Shown piece after piece: positions 34,990 through 44,811 of a DNA stretch of 64,000 nucleotides; position 1 is the stretch's first letter; every line of letters begins with the position of its first letter. Made by a program: the position numbers and the translations under genes. The notes below the pieces were generated by a model. The model ran no database searches and was not told the origin of the DNA. It saw nothing but the letters and a program-made list of their open reading frames with translations. The DNA is from Oikopleura dioica (lineage: Eukaryota > Animalia > Chordata): NCBI GenBank assembly GCA_907165135.1, contig OU015566.1, positions 9,114,001 through 9,178,000 on the forward strand, given 5' to 3'.

Positions 34990-37900
34990 TCAATTATAAA
35001 TAGTTACGACTTCTCGGCCGCCGCCGCGGACCATCAGTACTCGATCGAGTCCCTCGGTAAGAACTTCCAGAAATTCCATGTAGTTTCGTTCTCTGAAAAT
35101 TATGTCAGTTTTGGGAACTAGAATATACATCAGATTTCCTTGAGGGCGATTACTGAAATCTGTTTAGATAATAGTTCGGATTCGCTAAAAATACAACATG
35201 CATGCAAAAACAAGTTCACCGTCAACGGAAAAGAAATTCTACAATTTGTGCCGACGATTCATACCTATTGGCAATTTCTTGGCGTCTAGAATTGTAATTA
35301 GCAAAACGTTAAATTTATGATAGAATTAAATTATGATCATACTTGTTTGGTCCGTCAACATCAGAGGGATTCTTCTTTGGCGGTCCGGGCAGATTTAGAA
35401 TCACAAGTTTGGCATCGTGGGACTCGGTAACAATTACTTCGTTCAGCCTAGAAACGTTGTGAAGCTGTTAAAGGGTGGCAAGCGTACCTGACGGCATTGT
35501 GCATTCGCCGGAGATTAGGCTGGTCTGGTTTCATGTCGAACATTTGACTGAGATTTTGAACTTCTTCGATTTTCGGCTCTGGCGGTGGTGGCTTTCCGTT
35601 CTCGGCAGACCAGGTCATTGGGACATCGGGCTTGGCGGGTTGAGGATGAATGCCATTAACGGCTTGAACTGCTTCTGAGAAATAGAAGAGTAGTAAAGAA
35701 AAATGAGTCTTTTGACGACTTACGGATTTTGGACTTTTTCTTATTTTCTCGCAGCGTATGAATCAAGTGGTTTCTCTGCTCCATGATCAGAGTTCTATAA
35801 AATTAAAGTTTAGTCTTGCTCCCTTTCAAGATAACTGTACCTTTCATACGCATATGCAGAAACATCAGCCGATTCAAGCTCTACCACTCTGACTTCAGCT
35901 TCAATTCGAAGTTGGTATAAATGCTGCTGCAATTGTTTCTTCATTTTGATCGAATTGTCTTCTGCTTGCGCTACTGTATAGATTCTAGTGCGGCAGTTCT
36001 TCCAGACTAGCAGAAATAATGACTCAAAGAAAAACAATGGCGCTTTTACCGCGATGCTGTTGAAGCAAATGAGGCAAAAGAGTGAGCAATCCTCCGTCGT
36101 GCACAATCCACCAGACATCAATAGTTCCTCCTTCAATCGTATCGTCTTTAGTCGGGTACAATTGAATATTCTTCGGCACAAGGAGCGAGTGATGGCCGGC
36201 AGCTGCTGCGCGAACTATTGCCAAGAAATTTCGATATCCACTTTCGGCCTGTTGCTTCCAGTGGGCTGGCCAGCCACAGAGGACAGTGTTGTGTCTAATA
36301 GAAAAAAGGAAGATCAACCCCTCATTTATGTCGCTCACCTCAATCCGCCGAGACCCGCGGTTTGAATGAGAGCGGAAAGACCTTCTTCAACCTTTTGAGC
36401 AATTAGAACATTCGAAAAGCCCTTGATTTGATGATCTTTTAGCGCTCGTTTGAGGACATTCTCTGCCGCTTGACTCTCGGCAAAATTGACCAAAAAGTCG
36501 CCGTTGACCACGGAGTAAACCATCACCAGACCTGAAAATCAAATCTACCTTCGGTTCAATTTTTCACCACTAGAACAAAAACTAAAAAACTACGAAACTC
36601 AAAAAATATTTTTGAGTTGACCACTTGCATCTGAATTGATGCTCGTGGATGATTTCAAAAAACTTTTGTGGGGCCGGAAATCGTAAAAAAACTGCAAGTG
36701 CAGTTTTCTTCAGCTCGTCAAGACAAGTCGAATGATGGGTCTAGCTCCTGATAACTCTAAGGATTTACCGGTTTACCGGCTGGTTACCGGAAAATACGTT
36801 GTCACCGGCCGTTTTTGTTCTAGAAGTGATAGACTAATGGTTGACACCGGAAATTGTTCCTTATAGTCAGTTCTCCTGCAGCCTAAAAAATGAAGGTTTT
36901 ATCAATTCTCTGAAGAGAGTTATCACTAAAAACTGTAATTTTTACTGAAATTTTGTTGTTGCTGCACGTTCCTAATTTCTAGTCCCATTTTCGCCAAAAA
37001 TAGTATTTTAGTGATAACTCTCTTCAGAGAATTGATACAACCTTCATCTTTTAGGCTGCAGGAGAACTGACTATAAGGAACAATTTCCGGTGTCAAACAT
37101 TAGTCTATCACTTCTAGAACAAAAACGGCCGGTGACAACGTATTTTCCGGTAACCAGCCGGTAAACCGGTAAATCCTTAGAGTTATCAGGAGTTAGACCC
37201 ATCATTCGACTCGTCTTGACGAGCTGAAGAAAACTGCACTTGCAGTTTTTACGATTTCCGGCCCCACAAAAAGTTTTTTGAAATCATCCGTGGATTTCGT
37301 CACCATTACCTTTACCAGCTTTCAACTGAGTAACGAAATCGAGCAGCTGATCCTTTGAAATTCGATATTCACTATCGAGCTTCACCAGAGTTAAAATTTG
37401 TGGCCTCCAGTTTTTCGTATGGGGTGGGCCTTCGTTGAGACGCAGAAGTGCGTATTAGGGTTCCGCACGATTGGAGGACCTTATTTTTCAAACTCCAAAT
37501 CCTTATTGTATTAAGAATTGACTTTTTATAAAATTTAGGTTTTCGAATACGGCGAAAAAATGATGAAATAAATATTCCGATTCACCATCGGAATCGCCGA
37601 TTTCTCTCGGTTTTTCATACTTCTAGTGGCAGCACAAACTTCGCGTTGCCAAATTATGATAGCGATAAAATAAAAATCATTTTTCTTTTTGAAAATTTCT
37701 CTAAAAATTCACCGTTTTCTTGTGCTGGTAGTTTTAATTCTAGCAGTTTGTTATGAATCGCCGTGAGAAAGCTAGGCGCGCTCTGATTGGCTGAAGAGGA
37801 AGACATTCTCAAAAATCAATTTTGAAGGAAGATAATTCTAAGCTTCCGCGACTTTGTCGTTGTTGGTGAAAATTTTTCACTGAAAAGAAGTTCTTTCTTG

Positions 37901-40900
37901 ATAAAAAAATTAACCCCTTGTTATATGGAAAGCCATAATTGCTGAAAGAAATATCTATATGAAAAGAAGCTCCAAAATTTTAAATAAAAACCATAACAAA
38001 GTAAAAATCTTCGATAATTTGATTTTTTACAACAATGGGTGAGGGTGGGGTTGGGGACATAACTGAGATTGATCACCTCGAAGTTCCTAGCCAATGTCAA
38101 GCCCCTTAAATCTAAAAATCAAGGAACGGGGCTGAAACGGCCCGAAGGGCCGTCAAGCCCCTTAAATCTAAAAATCAAGGAACGGGGCTGAAACGGCCCG
38201 AAGGGCCGTCAAGCCCCTTAAATCTAAAAATCAAGGAACGGGGCTGAAACGGCCCGAAGGGCCGTCAAGCCCTTAAATCTAAAAATCAAGGAACGGGGCT
38301 GAAACGGCCCGAAGGGCCGTCAAGCCCCTTAAATCTAAAAATCAAGGAACGGGGCTGAAACGGCCCGAAGGGCCGTCAAGCCCCTTAAATCTAAAAATCA
38401 AGGAACGGGGCTGAAACGGCCCGAAGGGCCGTCAAGCCCTTAAATCTAAAAATCAAGGAACGGGGCTGAAACGGCCCGAAGGGCCGTCAAGCCCTTAAAT
38501 CTAAAAATCAAGGAACGGGGCTGAAACGGCCCGAAGGGCCGTCAAGCCCCTTAAATCTAAAAATCAAGGAACGGGGCTGAAACGGCCCGAAGGGCCGTCA
38601 AGCCCCTTAAATCTAAAAATCAAGGAACGGGGCTGAAACGGCCCGAAGGGCCGTCAAGCCCCTTAAATCTAAAAATCAAGGAACGGGGCTGAAACGGCCC
38701 GAAGGGCCGTCAAGCCCTTAAATCTAAAAATCAAGGAACGGGGCTGAAACGGCCCGAAGGGCCGTCAAGCCCCTTAAATCTAAAAATCAAGGAACGGGGC
38801 TGAAACGGCCCGAAGGGCCGTCAAGCCCCTTAAATCTAAAAATCAAGGAACGGGGCTGGAAGAAAAAAGTGGGTTCGAGTTGGAATCGAGCTCGCCAGCA
38901 CCTCTGTGCGAAGAGAAGCGCTCACCACTCTGCCAACTCCAGTGCGAGAGCGCAGCGCATTACTCGATTCATATTCCCGCGAAAAGCGCCAGCCAATCAG
39001 CGCGCAGCAGGCCTCTTTGGCAAAATATAATTTGAAGCCCTAAAAAGGGCTGAAGGAGGGATTTTCTGGGAAAACAGTGGCCAGGAATGAATTTCTAGGC
39101 ATTATTTTGGTGGAATCTCCAAATTTTATTAAAAATAAAAATTTTGGTCCAATCGTGCGGAACCCTAGTGCGTATCTCGCCGAGCTCATTTGGAGACCTT
39201 TCATGCCATCTCCCCACTCTTTTTCCGCTCCTTTGTACTCGATGTATTTGTAGACCAGTGCCGCCAGAGACAGAGCAACCAGAGCATATACCCAGGAGCA
39301 AATAAACATTAGAACAATACACATGATCATTCCAGAGAGCGAAGCTGCCCAGTGATAGTATCTGAATCGCGGTCGCCAGCTAGGCGTTCGCAGTAGAATT
39401 TGCAAGACACAAGCCAAATTGACGAACATGTAGCACATGAGAAAGAACATCGTCAAGATAGGCGCGACCGCGTCAAGTTCAGCAATGATGATGCCGCTTT
39501 CCGCGATGAGAGCTGTTAAAAGCAGCGCCCAGGTTGGCTCGCCGTTGGCTTTTCCGCCAGCGAAAAATGACAGAAAAGGAATGACGTTATCTTTCGCGAT
39601 GGCTTGAAGAAGACGAGGAGCTCCGGTGAGCGATTGGAGACCCGCACCGATTGTGGACAAGAACGCGCCGATGACCATGAAATAGGGATGTGGCCAGACA
39701 AGAACAGAGGCAACAAGTTTTCCTCCATCACCAGCTTGAAGTGAGTTCCCGAACTTATCAAGCAATAAGAGTCGATCGATCGCGGCGCCAAACAAGAATG
39801 TGCAAAGAATGTAAACCATTGAAGTTGTCGCAATAGCGGCGATGGTTCCTTTGGAATTGAGTCTTGCGCGTCTTTGAGATCTCCTGATCGATTCGAGCCG
39901 GCCATGATTCCAGTCACGGAAGGGAAGAAGATTCCAAGAAGGACCGTAAAACTAGACGTGGCATCTGCAACTATCCAAGCTGGGTAGTCCTCGTTCGCTG
40001 TTATAGGACTAGACTCGTTGATTACGTAAAATGTTGTAGGAGGCATATGTTTATCGACCAAGAGCTCGTCTTCGTGCTGATACATCGACTTAAAATTGGA
40101 CGAAAAGTTTCCACCACGAAAGCCTGGAAAACCAACGCGTCTTGTCATCTCGTAAGAGGCGAAGTTTTGGTCGCAATTTGCAAAAGTCGTGTCCGTTGAA
40201 TTGAAGTCCCCCGTGCAGTAGATTTTCCAATAATCTGTCGGGTGAATCACTCCTTCTTCGTCAGTAAAAGTCTTTGCACAGTAAGAGTCTTCTGTAGCAT
40301 GAAGGAGATGATCCCCAAGCATACACATACACGTGTCGACACAAAGAGATGAGTCAGGATCCACACCGGCTGGTGAAACAGCCAGGGTCTTAAAAAGCCC
40401 GACAAAAATCGACATAATCGACAAGAGGACAATAACGAGGAGAAAGAAGGCAGCTTTGTTGACATACTTGACACCAACGAAGACCAAGGAGGACATGCCA
40501 GCAAGGAAAATTGTTCCATAAAGGCGATAGTTGTGCATCAAATTCATGTCTTCATCGTCAACAAAATGGATAAGTGCATCGTGGAACGCATATTTGATGA
40601 GGATTTCTACGCCTCCGAGGATGTACATGGCACTTCCGAAGGTTGTTCCCAGGTAGAAGAGAATTCCAACGGCGCCACCAAACTCCGGCCCGAGCGCTCG
40701 AGAAATCATAAAGTACGCGCCACCGGCTGGTACAACACCATTCGTGGCAATAGCCGACATTGAAAAGGCAGTAAGCATAGTCGTCATGCAACAAATAAGA
40801 ACGAGTAAAAATGTCTGTCCGACCCCAGCAACGCCAACAATCCAAGCAAAGCGCAGGAACAAAATGACGCCGAAAATGTTTTGAATTGTTGGAAAATAAA

Positions 40901-41223
40901 CACCAGCGAGTGTGCCCATCTTTGCCGAAGATGCATCCTCGCCGTTTTCTTTCGCTTCATGATCGGCTGCTGTTTGGGTCAAGTTTGTGTAGTTTTGAAC
41001 GGTGGAGATGAACTGTGAAACTGTCGGGCGCTTCTCCATCTCTTCCTCGAAGAGGGCAAAATTGTCGTTGAAATTATTGTCGTCATCGTTTTGATGGAGT
41101 GGGACCTTTTCGAATTTCTTAAGGAAAAGTTTTATTGATGAAGAGCTGCTCTAGTCTTACATCATCAGCGTCAGCTGGCTCAGCAACTTTCTTGAACTCG
41201 AATCGCCCGCCGTTTTCTGTCAT
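34990..41223 (-). CDS. K-Cl cotransporter (SLC12A4-7/KCC family); this copy has an exonic hAT insertion and a 1-bp frameshift
   Basis: [68 protein letters not shown]-terminal [25 protein letters not shown]. Confidence 0.96.
36648..37288. mobile_element. GATG-terminal foldback MITE, copy 2, in a KCC intron
   Basis: ~290-bp near-perfect inverted arms; 4-bp TSD CGTG (36644-36647, 37289-37292). Confidence 0.92.
38098..38858. repeat. Tandem array of a 55/56-bp unit, 13 full copies plus a partial, each with an ACGGCCC-GAA-GGGCCGT hairpin
   Basis: Units are identical except for a C3/C4 length variant; no spacers. Confidence 0.97.
38863..38940 (-). ncRNA. tRNA-derived Pol III-like unit (SINE head or tRNA pseudogene)
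   Basis: A box TGGCAGAGTGG, degenerate B box GCTCGATTC, T6 run downstream; no valid cloverleaf. Confidence 0.5.
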
Positions 41224-41328
41224 GTTTTAGGTTGGTAAAGGTGGGTCAACTTTTGGATATACTCAGTTTCATACCGATTCAGACTAAAAGAGATGTGTTT
41301 AATATTTTGGTCAATTAGACGGTAGCAA

Positions 41329-41550
41329 TTAGTTATATTTATACAGCTGAAACCCGATCCACGATATCAAATGTGTAACGAGAAAGATAGGAATGAGCGA
41401 AGGAATAAGTAGAAAGAAGTAACACTTTGACTCCGGCACGTGGCAGTTCTCCCAATCCGAGATAACGCCACAAGTAACGACCAGGCCAAGAAGGATCCAC
41501 GCAGCAGCTTGGAGCGACTTGGAATTATTTCTAATTGTGTCAAAGAGCAT
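41329..41550 (-). CDS. PIGY: PIG-Y-like GPI-GlcNAc transferase subunit
   Basis: 73 aa with two hydrophobic segments; C-terminus CYFFLLIPSLIPIFLVTHLISWIGFQLYKYN matches the recalled PIG-Y pattern CFYSLLLPITIPVYVFFHLWTWMGIKLFRHN. Confidence 0.75.
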   Translation of the reverse strand: MLFDTIRNNSKSLQAAAWILLGLVVTCGVISDWENCHVPESKCYFFLLIPSLIPIFLVTHLISWIGFQLYKYN

Positions 41551-41700
41551 TTCTTAGGATCATTCTAAAAAGTTTATTTTCTGGTTAAACGGGGGGATTA
41601 CCAGGAGTTCGTAAAAATGGAACGTCAAACTGGAAGGCCAACTGGGCCAGTTTCCGTGAATTGGTTTCAATAGAACCGCTTTCAGATCCACTAGAATAGA

Positions 41701-41810
41701 TAGGCTTACCGGACTAAATTTCGGCCCATTTTCTGGGCTTTCTAAAACTGTATCATATGACCCCCAAACTAAGCTAGAAAAATGGGCCAAAATTTAGTCC
41801 GGTAAGCCTA
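41701..41810. mobile_element. 110-bp hAT-type MITE
   Basis: TIR TAGGCTTACCGGACTAAATTT; 8-bp TSD AGAATAGA at 41693-41700 and 41811-41818. Confidence 0.9.
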
Positions 41811-42134
41811 AGAATAGAGCTTCGAGGTTCTTTTTAGATATGACTCTAGTGGAGCTGAATTGGTCCTAGAAGAAGTAAAACAGAGGGCTCAAAAGAGGCT
41901 CTGAAAATGATTGAAAGGAGAAAAGTATCAGTAGAAAGGGAACAGTCAGAAAATGCACAACAATAATGATGATAAGTGATAATAATCAGGAGTTAGGTTC
42001 AGTAGCAATATACACATTTCGAGTTCTGTTCAGTCGCATCAACCAGAAAATAAACAATTTGCCACAATTGACAAAATAGCTCTTCGTGTGAATCTATGTC
42101 TCTTTGTTTCGTAATAACGCGAATACAATTGCCA

Positions 42135-43669
42135 CTAACGATCTCTGTAAAGGACTTGAAGCCTTTTGCCGTCCATTCGTCGCCCGTTGTAAAAGCGCAC
42201 TGCCAAATCTGCCTCATCAGCAGTTCTAATTTCAGGAGTTGAAAAAATTTCGACCTGTTTATAAGTTTTGACTTACGTGAACTTAATTATCACTTCGTTT
42301 TTGTAATTTGCCTCGCTGATGCTCTCGATTGTACCACAACCAAGAAAGACCTTTGAAGAACTTAGAAAATAAATATATTTAATGAAAAAACCTGTGAAAT
42401 TCTATCATAACTCGCGCTGTCTGGCAAGTTTCGGACTTTGACGGATCTCTGCCTGACCGTGTCCACTGGAGCTGGCTTTGTTTCACTAAAAATAAAAAAT
42501 AAATGAAAAACAATTTCTGACTTGGGCGCGACGTCCTACCCAGAGAGAGTGCTCAGCGCGGCTTTGATATTGTTCAACAAGGTCAAATCCACTTTTTGCA
42601 TCAGTTCCGCCGGGATCTCCACGGGCTCGACGGGGGAGCTACTCGACGGTTTTTTTAAAGAAGCTGCGGCGGGATCATTCTTGTGCCCGAGTTTTTGGAG
42701 CAAACTGGAAGAGAAAAAAGTTATTAAAAATTCAATTCTCTGGTTAAATAAAAAACTGGATTTAGGCAGATAATCTTCATTTCGAAATGTAGCCTTAAGA
42801 GTCATCAGATGACTCCTCCTTGTCTCCAAGGGCAAATTAATGATTGATCTCCCTTTGTTTTCTTTTGTTACCTGAGCGAGCGCATCCCTTCCACATCCTT
42901 AACAGCCCATAAATTGTGTCCTCTCAACTCTCGCCCATCGGCTAAGGCTGCTTTGCTCATTCCGCTATACGAGGCTAGGACAACGACGGCTGCACCTGCG
43001 GGTGTCATGTCTGTCTTCTTCAAGAACTCTATCGCCTTGATTTCTGTTGGCTGGACTGGAATGAGGGGAATCAAGTCTGTCTGAAAAAGATATCATTTAA
43101 TTCTCGATTATCGCATGATTCTTTTAGTCTACCTGAGTACAGTCTTTTGGAATATTTCTAATCAACAGTCTCGGCTCTCTCTTCGTCAGGGCTTCCTTCA
43201 GATTATCAATGACACCGTTTGTTTTATATTATCCACCCGTTTTTTGAACCCTTCTAGAAAAGGGATGAGGACATCCTGAGATTATTTTAACCCCCCTACG
43301 CCACAGAATAGACCTTTACCTCTTATTTTAGCTGCATTGAGGCACTGTATGATGCCTGTACTCCGAGTCCATAGACTCCCCAAAAGGGGTCAAAATGAGC
43401 GAAATCGGGTTTTTCCGGCTTAATGACGTCATAAGTCAAAGAACATGTGACAATAACTTTTTCTAAGTACCCCTACGCCACAGATCAGACCCTAAGCTAC
43501 ATTCTGGTACTTTAGGGAACCCTCTGTGATAACTGTGGTCGGAGAGCATAGACTCCCCAGCTTGGGTTAATATAAAACAAACGGTGTCAATGTTCTTTAC
43601 TTTTACATTCATTGAATATGGCGCGGGCCTGTGCGATTGACCCCGGCTTTTTCGCTCAACAGTCGACAT
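42135..43669 (-). CDS. Two-RRM RNA-binding protein (hnRNP M/MYEF2-like first RRM)
   Basis: Spliced PRLLIRNIPKDCTQ|TDLIPL...GAAVVVLAS...GRELRGHNLWAVKDVEG; last exon ADLAVRFYNGRRMDGKRLQV*. Confidence 0.65.
43211..43588. mobile_element. 378-bp MITE in the first intron of the RRM gene
   Basis: 21-bp TIR GACACCGTTTGTTTTATATTA; apparent 3-bp TSD AAT; internal direct repeats with 176-bp period. Confidence 0.75.
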
Positions 43670-43769
43670 TCTACAGATTTTGATTGAAAAGTTAGAGTTA
43701 TCAGGGTAGGTATTTTTAAAATTGAGGAAATAAATGTTCGACTAAATTGAATTTAGAATGAAAGGGCAG

Positions 43770-44712
43770 TTAGGCAAGTTCGCCACAGTCTTTGATCTTG
43801 ATCAAGTGCTTGGTTGTGCCACTCTGGCTGCCGTCCTTTTCCATCATTCGGACGACCTCCATTCCTGAATACAGTTTTACAAATTTCGCAACGACAAATT
43901 CGCTAAAGCGTAGGTAAATACCTTCAAGGACATGGCCGAAAACGACGTGCTTGTTGTCCAGCCAATGCGTCTTAGCCGTACAGATGAAGAACTGACTTCC
44001 ATTTGTATTTTCGCCCGAGTTTGCCATGGACAGAACGCCAGGGCCGGTGTGCTTGAGCTTGAAGTTTTCATCTTCGAATTTTTCGCCGTAAATTGATTTT
44101 CCGCCAGTTCCGTTGTGATTGGTAAAATCGCCTCCTTGGCACATGAAACCAGGGATGATTCGGTGGAAAACGCAGTTCTTATATCCGTATCCTTCGTAAA
44201 CAGTTTAAGGATTTAAAAAGTGAAGATAAAAAAACCTTTCTTATGAGTACAAAGCTGCAAAAAATTCTCAGCTGTTTTGGGCACAACATCTTTTCGCAAG
44301 AGAATCACAACTTTTCCCAACGCAGTTTCGGCATAAGGCGCTACTTTTTGCTTGGCGACAATTTCCATCCAGACGATTGGGTTCTTGCGTTTCGTCTTTC
44401 GCAGAGACTCTCCCTCTTTCCCTTTTTTAGCGAAATCTTTTTCATGACTGAAAGAAGCTTAACCTCAACACAGAATACTAAAATTTACCCTCGCGCAGCG
44501 TACTCCTTCTTGTCATCTTTTCGATCTCGCTCTCGGCTTCTGTCTCTTCTGGATCCTCTTTCCCGACTTCGATCTCTATCCCGTCGAGGTTCTCGATCTC
44601 GAGAACGCGATCGTCGTCGCTCGCGGGATCTTGATCTCTTGCGCTCTTTCTTTTCTCGCTTTCGATCTCGATCACGAGATCGGGAACGCGAACGGCTTCT
44701 CGATCTTCCCAT
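43770..44712 (-). CDS. Cyclophilin (PPIE-like catalytic domain) with N-terminal RS/RD domain
   Basis: Exon 1 [10 protein letters not shown]... joined by the 41-bp GT-AG intron 44448-44488 to ...[11 protein letters not shown]...[14 protein letters not shown]...[28 protein letters not shown]...DCGELA*. Confidence 0.85.
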
Positions 44713-44811
44713 TCTAACAAATGCATATTGAATATGAGCAATCATGTTTGTAAATTTGTTATTTTCCGTAGATTTGTACAGTTCTTTATTAAATACTGGC
44801 AACTTAGAGGC

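Larger units (their letters stand above)
37456..39167. mobile_element. hAT-type non-autonomous element (1712 bp) inserted in a KCC coding exon
   Basis: 20-bp perfect TIR TAGGGTTCCGCACGATTGGA; 8-bp TSD GTGCGTAT at 37448-37455 and 39168-39175. Confidence 0.93.

Noticed and set aside
38098-38858. CRISPR array
   Set aside because: Units are contiguous with no unique spacers, there are no cas genes, and the context is eukaryotic.
39850-39852. Programmed frameshift or pseudogenising mutation in KCC
   Set aside because: One base is missing in a short homopolymer; the same kind of slip occurs in essential CPSF4 (48234-48237) and in the 47459 gene, so consensus error is more likely. Needs raw reads.
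41560-41900. PYURF-like upstream ORF
   Set aside because: Only a weak SFEPSVLLLLGP resemblance; no ATG, no CPLSK or IDGIP motif, and the frame closes early.
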